The translations under genes were made by a program, and so were the position numbers. Positions 28,479 through 36,304 of a stretch of DNA of 64,000 nucleotides are shown here, piece after piece. Origin of the DNA: Ignavibacteriota bacterium (lineage in GTDB: Bacteria; Bacteroidota; Ignavibacteria; UBA10030); NCBI GenBank assembly GCA_963727825.1, contig CAVSHO010000001.1, forward strand, positions 1-64,000, given 5' to 3'. The notes under the pieces are model-generated. The model ran no database searches. It was not told the origin of the DNA and saw nothing but the letters and a program-made list of their open reading frames with translations. The stretch's first letter is position 1; each line of letters opens with the position of its first letter.

Positions 28479-30797
28479 TTAAATCTCAATTCTAAATAAC
28501 GGCAGGTCCTGATTTTTCAGACATCCAAGCAGCCGTTTTCGCTTTGGCTGGTTAATGTCGAAGTGCGCTTTTAGACGGTCTATGTCATATCCAAACGGTA
28601 GCAGCAGCGTTTCCATTGCCCGCAAAGCAAGCTCGGTGTATTGCTCGATATCGTAGCCGTCTTCGAACGCATAAAGCGCGATGGGCTTGGCTTTTTCCGG
28701 CTTTTTCTTTCCGGATTGATCTATAATAATGAATTCTATCGACTCACCCGCTGAGAGATGCACTCCCATCTCTTCCACCATCTTTGAAACAACTGCACTG
28801 ATGCTGTTGTTGACGTATTCATCAGCCTCGTGCGTGATGTGACGTTTGAGAACAAGCTCCATCGGATTTGCACGTCCGCTCTGGAGAAGAGAAATGTAAC
28901 TTCGGCCTACTTCCAGCAGTTCTGGCACCAACGCGGAAACTTCCTCAACATTTTTTGCAGTCGACATCTTATCCAGCATCGCTTTTTGCATATTCTTGAT
29001 GAACCTAGGTGTGTCGCGGCGTCGTGCCTCGATGCCGCGCATTTTTAAATCGCGGTGTTTGTACCAGCCGACATAATGATTCGCTGTAGTAATCATCGGA
29101 TCTGTTTTGGAAGCCGGGAAAAGAATCCAGTTGTAAATGCCTTCCAGCGAAATGTTGATGCCAACGCGTGCAGAGATTTCGCGGGCGAGTTCTTCGTAAT
29201 CATTTTGTGTCGCGCCAGGTTTTTTTAGCCATACGCAATCTATAATTCCGTGGAGAAGCCGATAGCCGCGGCTCTCGGCAATTTCTTTTGCAGTGAGAAT
29301 GATGTCGCGCGAGAAAGCATTCACCGATTCATGCGCTTCAATGCGCCCGAACCGCGCGTTCTTGTAGCCGAGGTACCCAAAACAGCTCACGAGCATCCAC
29401 TTGAGCGCGCTTTGCCGGCAATCGTACCGTTTGAAAAGCACCTCATCCTTTCCATTGAATTCTTTTTTCTTTTGTTTGTAGTACGCGCGCTTGGCAACGA
29501 CGGCACGTAATGTCTCCGGCACAACTCCTTTTCGTTTTTCACAGATTGTGTAACCAAGCTCTGGTACTGCTTCGTTGTGACAACATCGACAGTTAATTGT
29601 TTCCGGTGAGATATTGTTGTTGACCATAATGCTCGGATACATCGATGCAAAATCGAGTTCAGCAACATCCTCATGGTAACCAAGCGGTGGATTAAAGATA
29701 AGTCCGCCGCGGTCGGCGAGCAGAAGTGTTGCGGCAGATTTGAATCCCTCCGGCTCGCGCTTCTTTGATGGAATAAGAACGTTGTTGCGATATGCCCACG
29801 AAAGCTGCATAGACGACATAGACGTGCCGATGCTCGCACGCCCCTGACGCTGTCCGCACATTTGCGTGAGGCGTGTCATTTCGAATAGGCCGTCAAGATC
29901 AGCCTCTGCAACAGTAAAAGAATTATGCGCATCCACGTGCCAGCGGCCTGCGAGGGTGAACGCGCCATCCTTATGAACAATCTTGCCGTACTGAAAGAAA
30001 CTGGATTCCTTCGTTGTGCCGAACTTCGCGTTTGCATCTCTGTTAAGGTGCAGTGGAATCTTGAATTGCCTGGAAAGAGCAAAAAGTTTTGGCAGAAGAA
30101 TAGCGTCGCCGTAGTCGGTTACTAAAATGTCAGGATCACAGCGGTAGAGATGACAGTTGAGTGCTTCGAGCAATTCTTTTGGAGAATCCTGCTCCAGCGC
30201 ATAAGTGCGGTTATCGTAGCTGATTTCTAATTGCAGAAACTTTTGGTACTTCGGCGGAACAAAATCATTACTATTGCGAATCTGCATTATGGAAAATGGC
30301 GGTAATTCATATTCAAAAGCTTCACGATTGTCTGTCAAATTCCAGTTGAGCAATTCGCCCTGCGCACTGATCTCGTACTCACCAAATCCAAGCGGGAACA
30401 ATTGCGTTTCGTACAGAAACTGTTGTTCGACCGATACATCAGAGTTGAAAAATGTAAAGTGGGGAAAGAATTTTTCAAAGTACCACACTACTTCTCTAAA
30501 TTTCATCGGATCATGGACGAACACTTGTAAAACATTAATGGAATCACCGGAGTAAATCTCCGTGCGTGTTGTTTGTGTGAATGAGACATGAATCGGACAT
30601 CGTGCTCCAAGTGCAACTGCGCGCTTTGTGTCGGATGCACTTAAATGAAGAAAAAAGTATGGCGTGAATTGCCGGGAAAAGTGCAGACGATTGCCATTGC
30701 GATCAATGAACCACAATGTCACTCCACGTTCAAATGGATAGACATCGAACAACCAGGCGGAGATTTTGTAATTCGGATTTCGGATTGTGAATTGCAA
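28479..30797 (-). CDS. Family B DNA polymerase, archaeal PolB2-like
   Basis: Motif A LDFASMYPSIM, NISPET, motif B RQSALKWMLVSCFGYLG, motif C variant HGIIDC, KMRGIEARRRD; no recognisable 3'-5' exonuclease motifs; start codon uncertain. Confidence 0.9.
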   Translation of the reverse strand: MQFTIRNPNYKISAWLFDVYPFERGVTLWFIDRNGNRLHFSRQFTPYFFLHLSASDTKRAVALGARCPIHVSFTQTTRTEIYSGDSINVLQVFVHDPMKFREVVWYFEKFFPHFTFFNSDVSVEQQFLYETQLFPLGFGEYEISAQGELLNWNLTDNREAFEYELPPFSIMQIRNSNDFVPPKYQKFLQLEISYDNRTYALEQDSPKELLEALNCHLYRCDPDILVTDYGDAILLPKLFALSRQFKIPLHLNRDANAKFGTTKESSFFQYGKIVHKDGAFTLAGRWHVDAHNSFTVAEADLDGLFEMTRLTQMCGQRQGRASIGTSMSSMQLSWAYRNNVLIPSKKREPEGFKSAATLLLADRGGLIFNPPLGYHEDVAELDFASMYPSIMVNNNISPETINCRCCHNEAVPELGYTICEKRKGVVPETLRAVVAKRAYYKQKKKEFNGKDEVLFKRYDCRQSALKWMLVSCFGYLGYKNARFGRIEAHESVNAFSRDIILTAKEIAESRGYRLLHGIIDCVWLKKPGATQNDYEELAREISARVGINISLEGIYNWILFPASKTDPMITTANHYVGWYKHRDLKMRGIEARRRDTPRFIKNMQKAMLDKMSTAKNVEEVSALVPELLEVGRSYISLLQSGRANPMELVLKRHITHEADEYVNNSISAVVSKMVEEMGVHLSAGESIEFIIIDQSGKKKPEKAKPIALYAFEDGYDIEQYTELALRAMETLLLPFGYDIDRLKAHFDINQPKRKRLLGCLKNQDLPLFRIEI

Positions 30798-30863
30798 ATT
30801 GCGCGTTATCAGTTTCGAATTTGTTTTTATCAGACTACCTACTTAAAGACTCAACTACTCAAC

Positions 30864-31115
30864 TTATCTTAATTTCTTAGCCTCTTCCTCCAATCTCCGT
30901 ATCGCCTTCTGTTGTTCCACAAGAATCGACATCGTAATACTTTCAAATGGAACAGCGCGCATGGCGTAGAAATTTTCTGCTAAGTGCAATTTTGCTGCAC
31001 GAAATATTTCATCAAACGTTTCCTGATCTTCTTTGCGCAGCCCGCGGCGGAACTTTGACCAGCTTGACAATTCCGCGTCGATCAGATTGGTGAAGGTTGG
31101 TACCGTCCGTCCCAT
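30864..31115 (-). CDS. Small helical PolB2-associated protein (PPB2/arCOG07300-like)
   Basis: MGRTVPTF...W..FRRGLRKEDQ..FD.IF...P.E...MSIL.EQ; GGAG RBS; immediately upstream of polB. Confidence 0.75.
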   Translation of the reverse strand: MGRTVPTFTNLIDAELSSWSKFRRGLRKEDQETFDEIFRAAKLHLAENFYAMRAVPFESITMSILVEQQKAIRRLEEEAKKLR

Positions 31116-31821
31116 AATTTGTTTCTCCTCTGGCTATAAGCTTAACAACTGGTGTTGTCTGCTGTGGTTCTAAAAATAGTTGAAGCTTGCCTTGTTCGTT
31201 GGTATCGAGTTTATACACGCGGTCCACGCCCTTCTTCAGCGTGGCAAATAATCGATTGCGTTCCGGCGGAGCGACAGTTCGTTCTAAGCACACCAGTAAA
31301 AGCGAAGCGCCGGATGCTTTCATTTTTTGAAATGATACCAAAAGTCTCTGAAGAATCTGCTGCACCTCCCGCAAGGAAGCTTGTTCGTCGTAGAATGTGT
31401 CGAGCAGTCCAAAGATCAATGCTGTATTTGAGTGGACGGTTGAAAGAAACGAAGGCAGTTTGTGCGCAATTGCCTGTTCCATCTGGTAGCAGGTGAAACC
31501 GCGCGAGATGAAGATACGATTGAGAAATTTGTTTGGGTCGATTTTCCGCGTGCGGGCAAATCGTGAAAGAGCGTGTACGTCGAACCGGTTACAGCCGTCT
31601 ACAACAGCAATAGAATTTCCGCCAGCCATCGCGTGTGCCGCCATCTGAAGCGAGATATGGAATACAGAGCGGTCGCCGTAGAGCAGGAAAACCTTGCCGG
31701 GCTTTTCTGCAAATGCTTGGATGATGCTGCTTGAACCGGATGCTGTAGCATTGTCATGTATTTCTGATATAGCAGTTGCGCTTGAAGGCTGACGATATTT
31801 GGCATGAAATGATACAGGCAT
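31012..31821 (-). CDS. Inactivated RadA/RecA-fold protein (iRadA-like)
   Basis: RadA-like blocks IAVVDGCNRFD and RIFISRGFTCYQM; the Walker A position (LLYGDRSV) lacks GKT. Confidence 0.75.
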   Translation of the reverse strand: MPVSFHAKYRQPSSATAISEIHDNATASGSSSIIQAFAEKPGKVFLLYGDRSVFHISLQMAAHAMAGGNSIAVVDGCNRFDVHALSRFARTRKIDPNKFLNRIFISRGFTCYQMEQAIAHKLPSFLSTVHSNTALIFGLLDTFYDEQASLREVQQILQRLLVSFQKMKASGASLLLVCLERTVAPPERNRLFATLKKGVDRVYKLDTNEQGKLQLFLEPQQTTPVVKLIARGETNYGTDGTNLHQSDRRGIVKLVKVPPRAAQRRSGNV

Positions 31822-31839
31822 AAGCGTAATCTGATAATA

Positions 31840-32229
31840 TCACCTATCCCCCTCATAGGGGGACAATAGGGGGTTCTGCAATGCGCCATAAATTACATCA
31901 ACTATTCCATCGACATTTGTCGAGATTTCAGAATTATTAAACCTTAACACATGATATCCTTCCGAGCTCAAATATTTATCACGTTGCCGATCTTTTTCTA
32001 AACCCTTCATTGTTGAATGTTGAACTCCATCGATTTCAATAACAAGTTTTTTCTGTCGGCACACAAAGTCAACGATGTATTTTCCAATAGGAACTTGTCG
32101 TCTAAAGTAATGACCTAACTGATTCCTTCGCAATCGTGACCAAAGTTTCTGCTCAGTATCTGTCATATTCCTGCGAAATGATCTCGCCTGGCCGATTGAA
32201 GCATGCCGATATTTAAGCGCATCGTTCAT
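31840..32229 (-). CDS. DUF559 (Vsr-like) endonuclease domain protein
   Basis: AR..RRNMT..E.KLW..LR..QL...FRRQ.PIG.YIVDF...KLVIEIDG.QH...D..RD.YL...G..VLRF.N. Confidence 0.93.
   Translation of the reverse strand: MNDALKYRHASIGQARSFRRNMTDTEQKLWSRLRRNQLGHYFRRQVPIGKYIVDFVCRQKKLVIEIDGVQHSTMKGLEKDRQRDKYLSSEGYHVLRFNNSEISTNVDGIVDVIYGALQNPLLSPYEGDR
31847..31875 (-). repeat. REP/BoxC-like hairpin at the 3' end of DUF559
   Basis: TCCCCCT-CAT-AGGGGGA plus adjacent TAGGGGGTT; minus strand reads AACCCCCTA...hairpin. Confidence 0.65.
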
Positions 32230-32232
32230 AAG

Positions 32233-32268
32233 AACCTCTCCCTAACCCTCTCCTAGTAGGAGAGGGAA
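32233..32268 (+). repeat. REP/BoxC-like hairpin at the 5' side of DUF559
   Basis: AACCTCTCCCTAA-CCCTCTCCT-AGT-AGGAGAGGG. Confidence 0.7.
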
Positions 32269-32291
32269 ATGTTTTTAGCTTAATCTTCTAA

Positions 32292-32322
32292 TGACAATAC
32301 GACATTTTTGTCGTCTTGTCAA
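32292..32322 (-). promoter_or_regulatory. Leftward promoter of the PolB2 cassette, overlapped by an operator palindrome
   Basis: Minus strand TTGACA (32322-32317), 17 bp, TATTGT (32299-32294); TGACAATACGACA-TTTT-TGTCGTCTTGTCA has 13-bp arms with 1 mismatch. Confidence 0.8.
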
Positions 32323-32362
32323 GTGGATTACACAAAGCGCGTAGCGGCAGATGAAAAAGAGC

Positions 32363-32412
32363 TTGACAATACAGGGTAAAATGCGGTATCTTGGTAATGA
32401 CATTTATGTCGT
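32363..32412 (+). promoter_or_regulatory. Rightward repressor promoter with second operator
   Basis: TTGACA 32363-32368, 18 bp, TATCTT 32387-32392; ATGACA-TTTA-TGTCGT 32397-32412; GGAGG RBS follows. Confidence 0.75.
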
Positions 32413-32426
32413 ATACGGAGGATTAA

Positions 32427-33077
32427 ATGAAATCTACAATTGCACAACGCATTCGGGAAGCGCGCTCTTTCAAACAATTAGATCAGGGAACACTTGCTGC
32501 AAAGATTGATATTGCTACACGCACTATTCAGCGGTGGGAAAAAGGCGAGCAAGTTCCCGACAGCAATTACCTTATGCGCATCGCTAAAACAACCGGCGTG
32601 ATGGCTCGTTGGCTGCTCACCGGAGATGGAGAAATGATTCCAACCGAACAGCACAAATCGAAAGTGCTGCCGTTACCGACAAGCCGCTATAAAAAGGTAA
32701 CACTCGTTTCATTACCATTGCTTGCCTCTGTGCCGGCTGGAGCAATGAGTCAGCGGTTTCATTCCGATCAAGCAGAGCGTCACATTACAGTGGATGATGT
32801 TCGGGACCCAAATGCATTCGCGCTTGAAGTAAAAGGAAACAGCATGGCGCCTCGCATCGAAAACGGAGACATCATTGTTGTCAGCCCAACGCATGAAGTA
32901 AAAAGCGGCGACATCTGCGTGGTGCGCGTGGACGATGAAGACACCGTCAAGCTCATTAAAATTGACGAGCAATTTGTGCATCTTATTCCGCTCAATCCCG
33001 AGTACGAACCGATGGTTGTTCGCAAACGCGATGTCAGTTTTATGTGGCGTGTAATCAAGGTGATTAAGAGTGTTTAG
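32427..33077 (+). CDS. XRE/CI-type HTH + S24 autopeptidase repressor (LexA/CI-like)
   Basis: HTH (QGTLAAKIDIATRTIQRWEKG, WLLTGDG), Ala-Gly cleavage site VPAG, catalytic Ser GNSM and Lys TVK. Confidence 0.93.
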   Translation: MKSTIAQRIREARSFKQLDQGTLAAKIDIATRTIQRWEKGEQVPDSNYLMRIAKTTGVMARWLLTGDGEMIPTEQHKSKVLPLPTSRYKKVTLVSLPLLASVPAGAMSQRFHSDQAERHITVDDVRDPNAFALEVKGNSMAPRIENGDIIVVSPTHEVKSGDICVVRVDDEDTVKLIKIDEQFVHLIPLNPEYEPMVVRKRDVSFMWRVIKVIKSV

Positions 33078-33175
33078 TAAGAATAAAGAATTATAAATTA
33101 TAATTATCCAGTGCCTTTAATTTTTAGTTTCATTCGATTAAGAAATACATAAACAAAAAGTAAGGAGAATATCAA

Positions 33176-33535
33176 ATGGATAACATGACAGCATATTGCG
33201 GAATCGATTGTTCTAAATGCGAGGGGTATATTGCCACACAGTCAAACAACCGCGAAGCCATAGAGAGCATTGCCGAGAAATGGCGAAAGCAGTACAATTC
33301 TCAAGAGATAACAGCAGGATCTGTTATGTGTGATGGTTGCACAAAAAATGGCAGGAAGAGTGGTTACTGCAACTTTATGTGCAAAATTCGTCAGTGTGCA
33401 ATAGCTAAAGCAATTCAAAATTGCGCTTACTGCTCTGAATATGATTCATGCAATGAGCTCAAAACTTTTTTTGCTTATCCGGGTACAGCAGAAGCAAAAG
33501 CAAAACTGGACAGCATTCGCCTGAGAAATAATTGA
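33176..33535 (+). CDS. DUF3795 Cys-rich protein
   Basis: AYCGIDCSKC...CDGC...C..RQCA...NCAYCSEY..C. Confidence 0.85.
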   Translation: MDNMTAYCGIDCSKCEGYIATQSNNREAIESIAEKWRKQYNSQEITAGSVMCDGCTKNGRKSGYCNFMCKIRQCAIAKAIQNCAYCSEYDSCNELKTFFAYPGTAEAKAKLDSIRLRNN

Positions 33536-33575
33536 AAGTATATCGCATATTAACTTTTTACGAGGAGTATTTATC

Positions 33576-33957
33576 ATGAAAAAATATCTCAAAATTGCTT
33601 TCTATGGTTTTTTAGCATGGCTCATACCCTTTATTGCATCTTTCTTTTTTTTACACAAGAGAAGGAAAGTTGTCCATTGATATTTTTTTATTTAAAACAA
33701 TTATGATTATCGTTGGCTCCATTACTGGCGCTATCCTCTTGGTTTCATATTTTAAAAAAATTACGGTGGACTATATAAAAGAGGGAATCATTGTTGGATC
33801 TATATGGTTCATCATAAATATTCTGTTGGATTGGCTGATTTTGATTCCAATGTCGGGAATGTCAATTTCGAATTACTTTACGCAGATAGGATTGAGATAT
33901 CTTATGATCCCGGCAATGAGCATTGCTGTTGGAGCGGCATTGGCAAATAAAAAATAA
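33576..33957 (+). CDS. Hypothetical 4-TM membrane protein, +1 frameshift in the T run near 33650
   Basis: GAGGAG RBS, MKKYLKIAFYGFLAWLIPFIASFF joins ORF 33634-33957. Confidence 0.7.
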
Positions 33958-33966
33958 TAGTTGGTT

Positions 33967-34383
33967 ATGGAATCCTTGAATAAATATTCTCTTATCGCTC
34001 CCTGCGGAATGAACTGCGGCATTTGTATGGCTTATTTGAGAGAAAAGAATAAATGTCCTGGTTGTAGAGGAGCTAACGCCGATAAACCAATTACCCGTGT
34101 GAGATGTAAAATTAAGAATTGTAATATTTTTCGAAGCGACAGGGCGAAGTTTTGTTTTCAATGTGAAAATTTCCCTTGCAACAATTTAAAACATCTGGAT
34201 AAAAGATACCGGACCAAATACAATATGAGCATGATCGAAAATCTTTATAATATTAAGAATTTCGGCATTAGAAAATTTTTAGAGAATGAAAAAGTAAGAT
34301 GGACTTGTTCCCGATGTGGAGGTACGATTTGTGTCCATAAAGGGTATTGTAATGGTTGTGGAAAAAAGAAAGAAAGAGGATGA
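33967..34383 (+). CDS. DUF3795 Cys-rich protein
   Basis: IAPCGMNCGIC...CPGC...CKIKNC...FCFQC..FPC...LDKRYR.KY.MS..ENL...W.CSRCGG. Confidence 0.85.
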   Translation: MESLNKYSLIAPCGMNCGICMAYLREKNKCPGCRGANADKPITRVRCKIKNCNIFRSDRAKFCFQCENFPCNNLKHLDKRYRTKYNMSMIENLYNIKNFGIRKFLENEKVRWTCSRCGGTICVHKGYCNGCGKKKERG

Positions 34384-34497
34384 TGGACGTTCTATAGGCC
34401 ATATGAGTCGCATAGTAAACGTGAGGAAGAGTATGTGATATGTGAAGAAAAATGGATAATATTCATTCAATCTCGCAATAATAACAAAGGCTAAAAA

Positions 34498-35481
34498 ATG
34501 GAATACCGCAAACTTGGGAAAACAGGCTGGAACGTATCGGCAATCAGCTTCGGCACATGGGCTATCGGAAGTGCGTGGGGTTCGGTAAATGACAAGGACT
34601 CTCTCGCTGCTCTTCACCATGCTTTGGATTTAGGTGTAAACTTTTTTGATACAGCCGACGTGTACGGCGACGGGCGAAGCGAACGTCTTCTTGCTCAATT
34701 AAAACTTGAGCGTAAAGAAACATTTTATATAGCCACAAAAGCGGGCAGGCGTTTGGATCCCCATACCGCTGCAGGATATAATAAGAAAAATATCACGGCG
34801 TTTATTGAACGAAGCCTGAGGAACCTGAATACCGATACAATCGATTTGCTTCAACTGCATTGCCCTCCCACTGAAGTGTACTATATGCCGGAAGTTTTCG
34901 GAATCCTGGATGATCTCGTTCAAGCCGGAAAATTACGCCATTATGGAGTGAGCGTTGAAAAGGTCGAAGAAGCGCTCAAAGCTATAGAGTATCCGGGTGT
35001 CCAAACCGTTCAAATTATCTATAATATTTTTCGTCAGAGGCCTTCGGATTTATTTTTCGTTGAAGCAAACAAACGCAGCATTGGAATCCTTGCCAGACTG
35101 CCGCTTTCATCCGGTATGCTCACGGGAAAGTTTTCGAGACAGTCATTGTTCGAAAAGGACGATCACCGTTCTTTTAACCGTCACGGCGAAGCTTTCGACC
35201 GTGGCGAAACATTTTCCGGTATCGATTATGAGCTGAGTCTTGACATTGTTGACCGGCTTCGCCCGCTTGTCCCTGCCGGAATGACAATGACGCAGTTCGC
35301 GCTCAAATGGATTTTAATGAATCCGGCCGTCACATGCGCTATTCCGGGAGCAAAGAACCCGCAGCAAGTTGAAGAGAACATCAAAGCCGTCGGCAAACCG
35401 CCTCTTTCTGATTCCGTCATGAAAAAGATCAAGGAGATTTACGATTCGAGTGTACGTCCACTTGTTCATCAATACTGGTGA
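34498..35481 (+). CDS. Aldo/keto reductase
   Basis: GTWAIG, FFDTADVYG, IATK, IDLLQLH, IPGAKN. Confidence 0.95.
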   Translation: MEYRKLGKTGWNVSAISFGTWAIGSAWGSVNDKDSLAALHHALDLGVNFFDTADVYGDGRSERLLAQLKLERKETFYIATKAGRRLDPHTAAGYNKKNITAFIERSLRNLNTDTIDLLQLHCPPTEVYYMPEVFGILDDLVQAGKLRHYGVSVEKVEEALKAIEYPGVQTVQIIYNIFRQRPSDLFFVEANKRSIGILARLPLSSGMLTGKFSRQSLFEKDDHRSFNRHGEAFDRGETFSGIDYELSLDIVDRLRPLVPAGMTMTQFALKWILMNPAVTCAIPGAKNPQQVEENIKAVGKPPLSDSVMKKIKEIYDSSVRPLVHQYW

Positions 35482-35622
35482 TTATGCTGCGATGGAATGG
35501 AATACGGGTACTGTTTTTCGCGGACGATTTTCTTCTTCAAAGGTATGTTATCAAAGTGATGAAGAGCTTATGAAGAATGTAGTGAAAACATTAATATTTG
35601 TATTGATATCATCTAAACTCAT

Positions 35623-36207
35623 ATGAAAATCGGCAAAACTTTATACGCTGCAAACAGAAAACAATGGCGGTCGTGGCTGGCAAAGAACCACGGGTCGGAA
35701 CCTGAAATCTGGCTCATCTACTATAAAAAGAACAGCGGCAAGCCACGCATTCCGTACAACGACGCTGTAGAAGAAGCGCTTTGTTACGGCTGGATAGACA
35801 GCACATTGAAACCCAAAGATAAAATATCCTACTTGCAGCGATTTAGTCCGAGAAGAAAAGGGAGTAAACTTTCGGAGATGAACAAGGAACGGGTGCGTCG
35901 GTTGATCAAGGCAAAAAAGATGACTCGCTTCGGACTCGAAATTATCAAGCATCACATGGAAAATGAATCGAAAAACTCGAAACAATCAACTTCATTGAAG
36001 AAATTTATTATGCCTGAGGATATTCTTAATGAATTGAAAGCACATCCGCTTGCGTGGAAGAATTTCAAAAAATTTCCAGAATCATATAAACGTATTCGCA
36101 TTGGGTGGATTGATGCATCACGAAATCGTCACGATTTTTTTACAAAACGCCTTCAGTATTTTTTAAGGATAACAGCAAAAAACAAAATGTTCGGGATGGT
36201 TCGGTAA
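35623..36207 (+). CDS. YdeI/OmpD-associated family protein
   Basis: WRSWL..NH...AVEEALCYGWIDS...RFSPRR..S. Confidence 0.92.
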   Translation: MKIGKTLYAANRKQWRSWLAKNHGSEPEIWLIYYKKNSGKPRIPYNDAVEEALCYGWIDSTLKPKDKISYLQRFSPRRKGSKLSEMNKERVRRLIKAKKMTRFGLEIIKHHMENESKNSKQSTSLKKFIMPEDILNELKAHPLAWKNFKKFPESYKRIRIGWIDASRNRHDFFTKRLQYFLRITAKNKMFGMVR

Positions 36208-36304
36208 GTCAGGTTTTAATAAATTCAAGCATGATTCTTGCTAACCATTTTTCTATTCTTTTTTGACATTCCACTAGAATCAGAGTACATTAGCACAATT
36301 ATTT

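Noticed and set aside
32427-33077. Calling the repressor canonical lexA
   Set aside because: The N-terminus is an XRE/CI-type HTH, not the LexA winged helix, so no symbol was assigned
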